NCBI GenBank assembly: GCA_003518055.1
Contig: DOZJ01000001.1
Coordinates: 68,253-132,252 of the forward strand
Length of the DNA stretch: 64,000 bases
Reading direction: 5' to 3'
From: Candidatus Falkowbacteria bacterium
GTDB lineage: Bacteria > Patescibacteriota > Patescibacteriia > UBA11705
Each line of letters starts with the position of its first letter. The stretch's first letter is position 1. The position numbers were made by a program, and so were the translations under genes. This document shows positions 1 through 9,743 of the stretch, piece after piece. The notes beneath the pieces are model-generated. The model ran no database searches. It was given only the letters and a program-made list of their open reading frames with translations, and was not told the origin of the DNA.

Positions 1-139
1 GAGACCTCCGCGTGGTGGCTGGTTGAGAGGTGGAATGAATTGGATAAAATATTATAGGGATAATTATTTGTCAATGGAAATCATAAATAATGAAACACGA
101 AAATAAAAAAATTGAGTTGGTTAACTCAAAATTTATAAT

Positions 140-433
140 TTAGTTGGGGGAGTTTCTGGTGGTTAACTTGTATTTCAGGAAACCAATGCCATTGATCAGT
201 TGAATGGTTGGCAAAATGGCCATGAAAACGGCGAGGGCGCTGATGGTGATGGCGACCGCAAGATCAATTGAGAAAAACTGATAACTGCTATAACCGAGAC
301 AAACCGTTGTCAAGGCTAAAATCACGGTGTTGATGTTAACTGAATTTTTACTGAATTCATGGATAAACATGCTGGTAATCACGCCAATTCCACTGATAAT
401 CAAGCAAGCGTATGTAATAACATCAATCTTCAT
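140..433 (-). CDS. small 3-TM hypothetical membrane protein
   Basis: 97 aa with three hydrophobic stretches; ATGA overlap with the NUDIX stop. Confidence 0.65.
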   Translation of the reverse strand: MKIDVITYACLIISGIGVITSMFIHEFSKNSVNINTVILALTTVCLGYSSYQFFSIDLAVAITISALAVFMAILPTIQLINGIGFLKYKLTTRNSPN

Positions 434-1167
434 GAGTACTTCCTTCCTCCCTCAGTTGGCGTGAATGGCTGAATTGTTAGATCGGCGCCGCAGAAGGGGC
501 AGAATTTAATCGAGTAAAAAATGTCGGTGTTGATGTAGAGGATACAGGTTGTGGTATCGGCGTTCCAGAGAGCTTTCCAGTTGCGGGGTAGGTGGTTGCA
601 GCGATGCTGGAAATCGTTGAGCTTTTTACGAAATTGCCAAACAGACTTCAATTCTTCCCAATCATTCTGGAGTAGATCAATCACGACAAAATGATCAAAG
701 CCCATATCATCCGGATGAATATTCATCAGGGGCAAATTCTCAACGGCGGCGGCATCATCGCTGGCTTGCAAGACCTTTAAGATGGCCTGATGTTCCGGAT
801 AGCTCGAATCGAGGTAGGCAATCAGGGGGAAGGAGATTCGTCTGATGTCAGACCGAGGATCACGATCAGGCCGATCGAGAACATGGAAAACGCGCCAGCT
901 GTAAGGATTAAAAATAAAGTTAGCTTCTTCTCTGGCTTCGCGACTGGTGACGTGGCCAAGGGAAGCGTCTCCGCCTTCAAATGACATGGTTTTGGGATTG
1001 AATGTCCCCGGTTCAAAGTGACCGCCGGGAAAAACCAGCTTGCCTTTGTATGGTTCATACTTTCGGCGGACCAGGGTAATTAGCGGCTGATTCGACAGAA
1101 AGTCAGTAATGATAATAGCGTCAGAAGTCAGAGCGACTCGGTCATTTTGGTGGTTATGGGGTTCCAT
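430..1167 (-). CDS. NUDIX hydrolase (ADP-ribose pyrophosphatase/NrtR-like) with C-terminal CxxC domain
   Basis: FPGG...SREAREE Nudix box, PDRDPR, SDDAA, GFDH; C-terminal IKFCPFCG; AGGAGGAG SD before ATG 1167. Confidence 0.85.
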   Translation of the reverse strand: MEPHNHQNDRVALTSDAIIITDFLSNQPLITLVRRKYEPYKGKLVFPGGHFEPGTFNPKTMSFEGGDASLGHVTSREAREEANFIFNPYSWRVFHVLDRPDRDPRSDIRRISFPLIAYLDSSYPEHQAILKVLQASDDAAAVENLPLMNIHPDDMGFDHFVVIDLLQNDWEELKSVWQFRKKLNDFQHRCNHLPRNWKALWNADTTTCILYINTDIFYSIKFCPFCGADLTIQPFTPTEGGRKYS

Positions 1168-1236
1168 TTTTCTCCTCCTCGTGGGTGACTGTAAATAATA
1201 GCAGAAAGGCACATTTTGTCAATTGAATCAGTTGGC

Positions 1237-1269
1237 TTTCCTGCTGACAGCTCGGCTGTCAGCAGGAAA
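1237..1269. repeat. perfect 15-bp-stem palindrome
   Basis: tttcctgctgacagc-tcg-gctgtcagcaggaaa. Confidence 0.85.
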
Positions 1270-1292
1270 ACATCGATAGATTATGATGAGTG

Positions 1293-1320
1293 AAAAAAAG
1301 AGCTGGGTTCAGCTCTTTTT
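1293..1320. terminator. intrinsic terminator after the Zn-ribbon operon
   Basis: aaaaaaagagctg-ggtt-cagctcttttt at the stop of 1319..1594. Confidence 0.75.
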
Positions 1321-1594
1321 AATAATTTCCAAGTTCCTGCTGAGTTTTGTAGGGCAACTTGCGAGTGATCGATGAAGGAACACGATCGAGGTCGGTCTGA
1401 ACGCCGCAATCAGGGCAAGTGAATGTTACATAATAATCTGTACTACCGTCGTAGTGATGGCTGCGGGTTTGAAACAGATCAGCTTCTTCTACCAACAGAC
1501 GAGCGCCGCAGCCGCCATTACCGTTACCGGCGCCGGAGCAGGTGGCTTCGATACTCCAGCCGCGCTGAGGACGACCTTTCATTAGGACTTTCAT
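1319..1594 (-). CDS. small Zn-ribbon protein, paralog A
   Basis: C..GCGARL..DL..Y..CPDCG. Confidence 0.8.
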   Translation of the reverse strand: MKVLMKGRPQRGWSIEATCSGAGNGNGGCGARLLVEEADLFQTRSHHYDGSTDYYVTFTCPDCGVQTDLDRVPSSITRKLPYKTQQELGNY

Positions 1595-1615
1595 TGGACC
1601 TCTTTTGAGGCAGGG

Positions 1616-1948
1616 TTAACGTTCTTCTGCGAGGCCGCCAAATGATTCATGCTTGATCAAAGTCATCAGGCGCCAAAGTTTTTCGGGTGTTTTATGATTG
1701 ACAACAACGAATTGATTACAAGCAGGACATTTGACCGCCGCATAATATCCCCGGCCGCAAAACATGCCGTGATAATACAATAAATTTAAATCTTCAAGCG
1801 TGATTTCAAGTTTGGCGCCACAGCCTGATCCATGCATATCTTTGTTGTGTGTGACTGTTGTTTTCCAGCCGGCAAATTGTCGGAGAAGCATTTTCATTTC
1901 ATTGGATTTCGCGTCTTCCGGCGCGGGTGGATGTTTGACAACTTTCAT
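1616..1948 (-). CDS. small Zn-ribbon protein, paralog B
   Basis: GCGAKLE..DL..YY..CPAC; aaggaag SD. Confidence 0.8.
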   Translation of the reverse strand: MKVVKHPPAPEDAKSNEMKMLLRQFAGWKTTVTHNKDMHGSGCGAKLEITLEDLNLLYYHGMFCGRGYYAAVKCPACNQFVVVNHKTPEKLWRLMTLIKHESFGGLAEER

Positions 1949-1998
1949 GCGCGACTTCCTTTAGTGTTGGTGGAGATGAATATTTTTGCGCTATGGAA

Positions 1999-2298
1999 TT
2001 ATAACCAGTTGATACTGTTTTTGTCCGGGTGGTTCATGGTCAATTCATTTAGATCGTAAACCGGCGGCTTCTTGGGGACGCGGTCGCGTTCAAACGGCGT
2101 CAGGCGAGAATCGATTATGTCTTTATCGAGATGATTGTGTTTGCGGCAGCAGGGGCAGAGATAGTGGTAGTTGTAACAGTTATTGTAGTTTTCGGAACGG
2201 AAAACATCGCTTTGGTTTATTTCCAGTCGAGCTTGGCAATGAGGGCAAACCACACACAGGGTGAAGACACTTTGACGCGGCGGGTTGATGATTTTCAT
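1999..2298 (-). CDS. small Zn-ribbon protein, paralog C
   Basis: CPHCQARLE..DV..Y..CPCC; ggaggag SD. Confidence 0.8.
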   Translation of the reverse strand: MKIINPPRQSVFTLCVVCPHCQARLEINQSDVFRSENYNNCYNYHYLCPCCRKHNHLDKDIIDSRLTPFERDRVPKKPPVYDLNELTMNHPDKNSINWL

Positions 2299-2531
2299 GT
2301 GTTTTCTCCTCCCAGGCTACTGCCTTCGTTGAAACTACGGCAGTCAAGAAAGCCCGGGGTAAAAGATACGTCTTGTGGGTGGTGAATTGTAAGGAACAGA
2401 GTACATTATGAGTATATCTAGAAGTTGGGAAATGGTGTATATAAAAGCGTAGTGATGTTGACGTTATAAGATTAACTGTGCTAAAATATAATCAAAATTA
2501 GATGTTTTAAACTACGAAAAAAATAGTAAAT

Positions 2532-3320
2532 ATGAATAAAATTAATTTGACGACTTTGGAGCAACAAGAATTGCATGAGGTGTTTGAGCAGCTGGGGCTG
2601 AATCAAAATGAAATAATGGTTTATTGGCAATTGGTCAGTCTCGGGCGGGCGACTCTGACGCCGATTTCTTTGGCGGCGGATTTACCGTTAACCACGGTTC
2701 AGACGATTGTGAAACGGCTGGTGGCTCGAGGCTGGATTAAAGTGGGTAAAAATAAATCACGGCAAGTTTATGAGGCCTTGGATTCGGTCATAATTCAGAA
2801 AATTCTTGAACGGCAAACGCAGGAGGTGAAGCAAATTCTGCCGTTATTAAAAAAAATAAAAGCAGATAGGGTAGTAAAAAATAAAATTGAGATTTATCGG
2901 GGGAAAAACATTGTTGATTTGCTGCATAAAGCACTTGAAGGCAAAGAAAAAATAATATATGAAATTGTGGCGGCAAGGAATTTTCAGATAACCATTGGTG
3001 AAAAGTTGCATTTTACAAAAAATAGGGTGGAACGAGGGATTGAACTTAAAAGTTTGCGAGTTGAAGTTGAGGAAATAAAAAAATATAACGAGAAAATTCA
3101 TCGCCGGGAATTGAGAGAGGCAAAATTTTTGCCGCGGGAGTTGAATTTTGATGCTTCGATGATGATGTGGGATCAGTCGGTGGCGTGGTTTTCAAATGCT
3201 GATGAAAAAACGGCGGTGTTGATTGAGAGCGGTTCAATGGTTCAAATGCAGAAACAAATTTTTGAGTTGTTGTGGAGTGTCAGTCGGAAAATGGAAACTT
3301 TGGTGGAGGGTGTGGTATAA
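2532..3320 (+). CDS. TrmB-family HTH transcriptional regulator
   Basis: LGLNQNE..VY..L..G..T..I..LP.TTV..LV.RG wHTH; PLD-like C-terminal sensor domain. Confidence 0.85.
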   Translation: MNKINLTTLEQQELHEVFEQLGLNQNEIMVYWQLVSLGRATLTPISLAADLPLTTVQTIVKRLVARGWIKVGKNKSRQVYEALDSVIIQKILERQTQEVKQILPLLKKIKADRVVKNKIEIYRGKNIVDLLHKALEGKEKIIYEIVAARNFQITIGEKLHFTKNRVERGIELKSLRVEVEEIKKYNEKIHRRELREAKFLPRELNFDASMMMWDQSVAWFSNADEKTAVLIESGSMVQMQKQIFELLWSVSRKMETLVEGVV

Positions 3321-3343
3321 TTGAAAAAGAAAAGAGTAAAGCG

Positions 3344-3443
3344 AGTAAAGCAAGAAAGCGATCCGTCTACGTTAAAGCTTCGACGGACAGGGATAAGCGA
3401 GTAAAGCGAGTACAGTGAGTAAAGAGTAATTAGTAAAGAGGGA
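3344..3443 (+). repeat. 100-bp dispersed repeat, copy 1 (copy 2 at 22206-22305)
   Basis: 4 mismatches by eye between copies; contains tccgtctacg(t/c)taaagcttcgacgga hairpin. Confidence 0.9.
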
Positions 3444-3454
3444 AGAGGGCGTAC

Positions 3455-3600
3455 TGTAACTACCCACCTACGCTCTTACTATGTGAGCTACGGCGGGCGC
3501 GGCGGAAGCTTGGCAGGGTAACAAGAACTACCAGACTACGCTGAAGCTACGTCTGGCGCGGCGGAAGTTTGGCAGTTTGGGTTAGTTTTTACAAAAATTA
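3455..3600 (+). repeat. gtaactacggaagtttggc-family repeat with two inserted hairpin elements
   Basis: hairpins sit at aacta^cggaag relative to uninterrupted copies at 6625-6660 and 7268-7311. Confidence 0.8.
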
Positions 3601-3651
3601 GGCGGGTAAATTGTTATCATTAAATAATGGGGCAAATAAAAATAAAAAAAT

Positions 3652-3891
3652 ATGAAAATCAGTGACATTTATCATTTTGTAAGAAGATTTTTGTTTGAGG
3701 TAATGTTGTTTTTGTTTTTGCAGTCGTTGCTGCTTTTTGTTTTGGCTATATTGGTAGTGATGTTCCCATACGTGTTGAATATTTTGGTGGCAATCGGATT
3801 TTTCGTGGTGGCTCTGGTGAGTATTTATATTATGATTCGCGTTGGGGTGATTTTTCATGAATTGAAACGATTGAAAAAATTATTGGATTGA
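3652..3891 (+). CDS. small 2-TM membrane protein
   Basis: 79 aa, two hydrophobic helices, basic tail. Confidence 0.65.
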   Translation: MKISDIYHFVRRFLFEVMLFLFLQSLLLFVLAILVVMFPYVLNILVAIGFFVVALVSIYIMIRVGVIFHELKRLKKLLD

Positions 3892-4217
3892 TGAATTTAT
3901 GTCATTGGGGTCAAAGATTGGCTCGAATATTAAAACAAGTTTAGCGTCATTAATAAGGCGGTGATTGGATCGAAAAAGATAAGACTAATAAAATGGTCTT
4001 TTTTTATTATCTATTTAGATATCAGTGAATAGATGGCAGTTCAAATTAAGCCATCAAAGGATAGATCTTTTAGTGGTTTTGATGTTGATTGCTTGTTTGG
4101 CAACTCAAGCGGTAGGGTTGTGAATTAATATTGGGTTACTTTGAGGTTTTGTGATATAATTTCGGATGAAAATAGGTTGTTTGTAATGATCTCCTCAAGC
4201 ATCATTAAATTTTGATT

Positions 4218-5087
4218 ATGATGAAAGTTAAAAAAGCGGTAATCCCGGTGGCCGGATACGGTACACGGTTTTTGCCGGCAACAAAAGCGCAACCAAAAGA
4301 AATGCTGCCGGTCGTGGATAAACCCATTATCCAATATGTGGTGGAAGAAGCGGTGGCAGCCGGAATCACTGATATAATTTTGGTGACAGGCAGCGGCAAA
4401 CGAGCGGTTGAAGATCATTTTAGTTATAATTTTGAAATCCAGCATTATTTAAAATCGGTTGGCAAAGAAAAAGAACGCGATGAGATAAAAAAAATCGCTG
4501 ATATGGCCAACTTTATTTATATTAGACAAAAAGGCCCATACGGCAATGGAACGCCGGTACTTTGCGCCAAGGATGTGGTCGGAGACGAGCCGTTTGTGGT
4601 CATTTGGGGTGATGAATTTTGGGATTGCCCCAAAAAACCGCGAGTCAAGCAGCTGATTGAAACGTATGAGAAGTATGGCGATCCGGTAATCGTGGCCAAA
4701 GACATAACTAAAGAGGAAACAAATAAATACGGGGTGATTGACGGATCTGAAGTTAGTAAAAATGTGTACGAAATAAAAAAATTGGTTGAGAAGCCCGGGC
4801 CGCAAAAGGCACCGTCGCTATTGGGTTCAATGGGCGGTTATTTGCTAACGCCGGATATTTTTGAAGCGTTGGAAAAAACAAAGCTGGGAAAAGGCGGAGA
4901 GCTTTGGTTGGTTGACGCGATTATACGCGTAATGCAGCATCGGCCGGTTTATGCCAGGCGAATTGAAGGAACTTATTATGATACCGGTTCAGTGGTTGGT
5001 TATCTCCGAGCGAATGTGGAGTTGGCGCTAAAGCGTCCCGACATCAGGAAAGATTTTAGAAAATATTTGAAGGGGTTAGATATTTAG
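4218..5087 (+). CDS. galU: UTP--glucose-1-phosphate uridylyltransferase
   Basis: KAVIPVAGYGTRFLPATKAQPKEMLPVVDKP, VEKP motifs. Confidence 0.95.
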   Translation: MMKVKKAVIPVAGYGTRFLPATKAQPKEMLPVVDKPIIQYVVEEAVAAGITDIILVTGSGKRAVEDHFSYNFEIQHYLKSVGKEKERDEIKKIADMANFIYIRQKGPYGNGTPVLCAKDVVGDEPFVVIWGDEFWDCPKKPRVKQLIETYEKYGDPVIVAKDITKEETNKYGVIDGSEVSKNVYEIKKLVEKPGPQKAPSLLGSMGGYLLTPDIFEALEKTKLGKGGELWLVDAIIRVMQHRPVYARRIEGTYYDTGSVVGYLRANVELALKRPDIRKDFRKYLKGLDI

Positions 5088-5192
5088 ATGCAAAGACTGA
5101 AATATTTTCAATCATGAAAAACTAATTATTCGAATATATAAGATAGGTAAAGCAAGGATGCAGTTCAATTTATTATGTCGAGGAGCAATAAT

Positions 5193-6614
5193 ATGAAAAA
5201 AAAGTGGTTTTCGCTGACGAGTATATTTATGATCGCGGTTTTTTTGGTTAGCAGCGGACTCAGCTGCGCCAAGGGAGGTTCGCTGGAAGCGCAGCGAGCG
5301 ATGCAGCCGACAACATTACGTTTTTGGACGGTGTTTGATGAACGTGATGCTTATACTGACATAATAAACGCTTATAAACAGCTTCATCCTAACGTGACCA
5401 TTGAATTCCGGATGCTCCGATATGAGGAATATGAAAAAGAACTGCTGGAGGCTTTTGCTCTCGATGAGGGGCCGGATGTATTTTCTATTCATAATACATG
5501 GGTGAGCAAATATCAAAATTTACTTGATCCGATGCCTAGAACCATTACCGTCCCATATCGAAAAACGGTTGGAACCGTAAAAAAAGAGGAAGTAACCGAG
5601 TTGGTAACGCAAAATATGTACACGCCGAATCAGATGTCGCAGTTGTTTGGCGACACGGTGGCGCAGGATACACTTAGATTACACAACGTTGGTACAGAAG
5701 ATGATCCGGAAATGGTCAATGGAATTTACGGGCTGCCGCTAAGTCTTGATACTCTGGCTTTGTATTATAATAAAGATATTCTGAATAATGCCGGAATCGC
5801 GGTACCGGCCGCATATTGGACGGATATCCAAGAACAAGTGGAAAAGGTTAGGCGAACTGATGCGGATAACAATGTTTTGGTCGCGGCGGTTCCGATTGGA
5901 ACGGCCAAAAATGTAGAACGAAGTTTCGACATCATGTCGCTACTGATGATGCAGCTAAAAACACAGATGATAAATGATAAAGGACAGGTGAGTTTTCATC
6001 TTATGCCGAAGGAGCTTCAGGGGAATGAGGGCATTACGCAGCCGCCGGCTTTTAACGCGGTGGAGTTTTACGCCTCTTTTGCTGATCCTCTGTTAAATTC
6101 ATATACTTGGAATGATACGATGGATAATTCGCTGCAGGTTTTCATGCGTGGACAAAGTGCTTATTTTCTCGGCTATGCGTACCATCGACCGATTATCGAG
6201 GCTCAAGCGCCGAGGTTGAACTATGATATTGCTCCTATGCTTCAGGTCCAAGGGTATGAAAACGTTAATTTTGCTAATTATTGGATGCAGAGCGTAGCCG
6301 GTAAATCTGAAAACAAAAGTTTTGCTTGGGATTTTATCAAGTTTATGGCCAGTCAAGAACAGGTTAAATCTTATTTGGATAAAACTGAACGGCCGGCAGC
6401 CTTAAGGGCACTCTATGATTCTCAACTGGAAAATGAAAATATCGCGGTCTTTACCGAGCAAACATTGACAGCTCAAACATGGTATCGAGGTAAGGATGCG
6501 GCGGCGGCGGAGAGAATTTTCGCTGAAATGATTGAAAGTGTTAATAGTTTTGCTGCAACGGCTAAAGAAGCGGTAACATTAGCGGCGGATAAGATGAGTC
6601 AGACGTATAGGTGA
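5193..6614 (+). CDS. extracellular solute-binding lipoprotein (family 1, sugar type)
   Basis: signal plus GLSC lipobox; GPDVF, YGLPLSLDTLALYYNKD, AWDFIKF. Confidence 0.88.
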   Translation: MKKKWFSLTSIFMIAVFLVSSGLSCAKGGSLEAQRAMQPTTLRFWTVFDERDAYTDIINAYKQLHPNVTIEFRMLRYEEYEKELLEAFALDEGPDVFSIHNTWVSKYQNLLDPMPRTITVPYRKTVGTVKKEEVTELVTQNMYTPNQMSQLFGDTVAQDTLRLHNVGTEDDPEMVNGIYGLPLSLDTLALYYNKDILNNAGIAVPAAYWTDIQEQVEKVRRTDADNNVLVAAVPIGTAKNVERSFDIMSLLMMQLKTQMINDKGQVSFHLMPKELQGNEGITQPPAFNAVEFYASFADPLLNSYTWNDTMDNSLQVFMRGQSAYFLGYAYHRPIIEAQAPRLNYDIAPMLQVQGYENVNFANYWMQSVAGKSENKSFAWDFIKFMASQEQVKSYLDKTERPAALRALYDSQLENENIAVFTEQTLTAQTWYRGKDAAAAERIFAEMIESVNSFAATAKEAVTLAADKMSQTYR

Positions 6615-6810
6615 GGGGTAACTATAACTACGGAAGTAACAAGAACTACGGAAGTAACGAGGGAAGAGTAAAGAGGGAAGATGGAAGATCAAAGAGCGAA
6701 GAGGGAAGAGCAAAGAGCGAAGAGGGAAGAGTAAAGAGTAATCAGTAAAGAGCAATTAGGAACTAGGAATTAGGGAAGCGTAACTAGGAACTGGGAACTA
6801 GGGAGGGGGA
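6615..6810 (+). repeat. purine-rich 7-14-mer simple repeat tract
   Basis: aactacggaagt x2, aaagagcgaagagggaagag x2, gaactag repeats. Confidence 0.8.
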
Positions 6811-6908
6811 AATTCAGATAGTGAAATTTGTGGAAATTTGGGGTTGGAGTGTTTAATATGATTGAAATAAGGTGAAAGCAGGCAAAAAACAGAAAAAATG
6901 ATATCAAA

Positions 6909-7256
6909 ATGAGAAAAATAATTGGCGTAACAATTTTGGTGTGGCTGGCAAATACCGGGCGGGCGATGGCGCAGATTGTGCCTGATAGTTGCCGTGGGGC
7001 AGCTGATTTGTCGGAATGTAATTTGAGCGCGGTTGAGGATATGATTGTGACCGTGGCTGAATTTATTTTGGGGCTGGCCGGCAGTCTGGCGCTGGCGATG
7101 TTTGTGTATGGCGGGGTTTTGTATATTTTGGCCGGAGCGAGTCAGGGAATGCTGACTAAGGCCAAGAACGCGATTAAATATGCCGTGATTGGGTTGGTGA
7201 TAATTTTAAGCGCCGGATTGATTATGAAGTTGGTGGTTCAGGCTTTGACGAGTTGA
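6909..7256 (+). CDS. VirB2/TrbC-like pilin 1
   Basis: signal peptide, then YGG..Y..AG...KAK..I..A.IGL.II. Confidence 0.85.
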   Translation: MRKIIGVTILVWLANTGRAMAQIVPDSCRGAADLSECNLSAVEDMIVTVAEFILGLAGSLALAMFVYGGVLYILAGASQGMLTKAKNAIKYAVIGLVIILSAGLIMKLVVQALTS

Positions 7257-7411
7257 GGGGGATAACTGTAACTACGGAAGTAACAATAACTACGGAAGTT
7301 TGGCGGGGTAACTGCGGGAGTAAAGAGGAAAGAGCGAAGAGGGAAGAGTAAATCACAGCACAATAATTTTGGTTGGTGATGATTATAGGAACTTTTTATA
7401 AAAACTAGATA

Positions 7412-8020
7412 ATGTTTAAACAAATTACAATTTGGGGACTGATAATGCTTGGTTTAATGTTGGTCGGAGGAAGCACGGCGCAGGCGCAGGATATCGCTCA
7501 GGTAAAAGCGGTGTGTGTGTCGATTGCCGGAACATCTGGTTTTTTGGATACATGTGATGAAATTGATACCGCGGCAACAATTGAACAAGCCCAAAATATA
7601 TGTCAGGAGGTGGCAACAGCTGTATTGGATGATGTTATGGTTGAAGATGGCATGAATCGGTGCGAGGACGCAGCCATTGGAACGGCAGAGCCCAGTCCGG
7701 CCTCGGGAGATGGTGAGGTGTCAGAAGAAGAAGCGCTGCAAAATGTATATTCCGGCATCAGCCGATTTGGAGGCAAAGGATTTATTGGCACGGAATTGAG
7801 TGTCCCAGAAGTAATTGGTGGAATTTTGAAGGTGATTCTCGGAATTGTGGGGGCGCTGGCTTTGGTTATGTTTATATACGGCGGTTTGATGTTTATGTTG
7901 TCTGAGGGTGAAACAGGAAAAATTAAAACCGCAAAGGACATTATAATTTGGGCGTCTCTTGGACTGTTAACAATATTCGGGAGCTTCGCGGTGTTGAATT
8001 TTGTGATTTCCAATTTGTAA
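7412..8020 (+). CDS. VirB2/TrbC-like pilin 2 with Cys-containing N-terminal extension
   Basis: C-terminal YGG..M...G...AK..I.WA..GL; 4 Cys in the variable region. Confidence 0.85.
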   Translation: MFKQITIWGLIMLGLMLVGGSTAQAQDIAQVKAVCVSIAGTSGFLDTCDEIDTAATIEQAQNICQEVATAVLDDVMVEDGMNRCEDAAIGTAEPSPASGDGEVSEEEALQNVYSGISRFGGKGFIGTELSVPEVIGGILKVILGIVGALALVMFIYGGLMFMLSEGETGKIKTAKDIIIWASLGLLTIFGSFAVLNFVISNL

Positions 8021-8196
8021 GGGTGAGAGGTTACAAAATTACGAAAATTTACAAAACGTTACAAAAGGCCGAGGGGATACAGAAGTTGTTCGTTTACTAA
8101 AATTGTATTCGGATTTAGAAAAAATCAGAAAAAATATTATTATAGTTTATAATATTATAAAGGTCGATTTATAAAAAATGTAAATAAAACATAGCT

Positions 8197-8580
8197 ATGA
8201 CAAAGAAAATTTCCATTTTTTTAATGATGGCCGTAATGGCGGTGGTGTTGGTACTCCCCGTGGTGGTAGCAGCGCAGTCCGGAGATGTGTTTGGTGTGAA
8301 CGCCGTGGGTAGTGAATTGGCGCTTGGATCAAAAGATATCCGCGAAACCGTCGGTTCGATCATTAATGTGGCTTTGGGTTTCCTCGGAGTAGTCGCGATA
8401 GTCATCGTGCTTATCGGCGGCTTTAAATATATGACTGCCGGCGGAGATGAAACCAAGGTTGGTACAGCCAGAAAATACATTATTTCAGGTATTATTGGTT
8501 TGGCGATCATTCTCAGCGCGTACGCAATTACAACGTTTGTGATCAGTCGGTTGATGACGGCCACAGAAAGCGGAACATAA
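8197..8580 (+). CDS. VirB2/TrbC-like pilin 3
   Basis: GGFKYMTAGG...ARKYI.SGIIGL.IILSAYAI. Confidence 0.9.
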   Translation: MTKKISIFLMMAVMAVVLVLPVVVAAQSGDVFGVNAVGSELALGSKDIRETVGSIINVALGFLGVVAIVIVLIGGFKYMTAGGDETKVGTARKYIISGIIGLAIILSAYAITTFVISRLMTATESGT

Positions 8581-8753
8581 TCAAGCGGACAGAGTTTATC
8601 AGCTGAAAACTCTGTCGCTTTCACGAGGGGGTAACCACAACTACAAAAGTTTCAAGTTTGGAATCGTAAACGGTTGAAGTGCGGGGGTAATTATGATGAC
8701 AAAAGATTGGTTCCAATGTGGTTTTGAGTTGGGGGTTGTCTCTTGGTGAAAGT

Positions 8754-9131
8754 ATGAAATCAATATTTATCATTTTTTTCGCAGTTTTCGTTTTGGTGAT
8801 CCCAAACGCGATTTTGGCGTCGGCCTTGGATGACGGATTGAGTGAAACGGCGATTGAGGCGACGCTAGCAACAGAGGATGAGCGGGATGCGGATGCTGAA
8901 CGTTTGGTGGCGGCAAAAATCGGATCAATTATTCAAACGGTGTTGTCTGTGATTGGTTTGGTATTCATGATAATTGTAATGTACGGTGGGTTATTGTGGA
9001 TGATTGGCGGTTCCACTAATGTTGGGAAAGCGAAAAATATAATCATTTATTCTGCTTTGGGGTTGATAATAATTGCCATGAGTTACGCGGCGGTTAATTT
9101 TGTGGTTGAGACGATTGGGCAGGAGTTTTAA
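8754..9131 (+). CDS. VirB2/TrbC-like pilin 4
   Basis: YGGLLWM..G...KAK.II..ALGL.II..SYA. Confidence 0.85.
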   Translation: MKSIFIIFFAVFVLVIPNAILASALDDGLSETAIEATLATEDERDADAERLVAAKIGSIIQTVLSVIGLVFMIIVMYGGLLWMIGGSTNVGKAKNIIIYSALGLIIIAMSYAAVNFVVETIGQEF

Positions 9132-9361
9132 TTTTAAGGATCGGAATTTTGTGGTGAGAAACGACGGAGCAAACCAGAGCAGAGATGATTTTTGCGAGGA
9201 GGAACGGCGAAGCAAACTACAAATCGGCTGCTAGTGGAGGCTGCCGAGTTTGACGGCTGATGGAGGCTGCCACGTCGTTATTGCATACTCCTCGCAGCAA
9301 AGAATGGGATGATTTTTACCAATTCGGGGTTTTTGATAAAATGTGATAAAATATTATCGGT

Positions 9362-9742
9362 ATGAAATTGTTTGGATTGATATTAATTTTGGGCGTTATC
9401 CTGTTGGGTTCGGTCGGAATGGCGGAGCCGGTTTTAGCGTTTAGCGCCAATAGCACAGGCTTGACCGGAGCGGCTAATTCGGCGGGGTTCAATACTCAGA
9501 ATACTGATTTGGCCGTAATTGTCGGTCGAGTGATTCAGGCACTTTTGGGATTGCTTGGTTTGGTGTTGATGATTATTGTGATTTACGGTGGCATACTGTA
9601 TATGTTGTCAGCCGGCGATTCGGGAAAGGCAAACAAGGCAAAGGATATGATAATTCAAGGTATTATCGGAATGGTTATTATTGGTTTGGCTTATGCTATC
9701 TCGACCTATGTCATTGATCTATTAATAACCAGTACAACTTAA
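9362..9742 (+). CDS. VirB2/TrbC-like pilin 5
   Basis: YGGILYMLSAG...KAK.MI.QGIIG..II.LAYAI. Confidence 0.9.
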   Translation: MKLFGLILILGVILLGSVGMAEPVLAFSANSTGLTGAANSAGFNTQNTDLAVIVGRVIQALLGLLGLVLMIIVIYGGILYMLSAGDSGKANKAKDMIIQGIIGMVIIGLAYAISTYVIDLLITSTT

Positions 9743-9743
9743 T

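Noticed and set aside
1319-2298. Prophage
   Set aside because: Phage-like small genes only; no integrase, terminase, capsid or tail genes in the window
6615-7320. aactacggaagt repeats as a CRISPR array
   Set aside because: Units are short, irregularly spaced and have no unique spacers; no cas genes in the window
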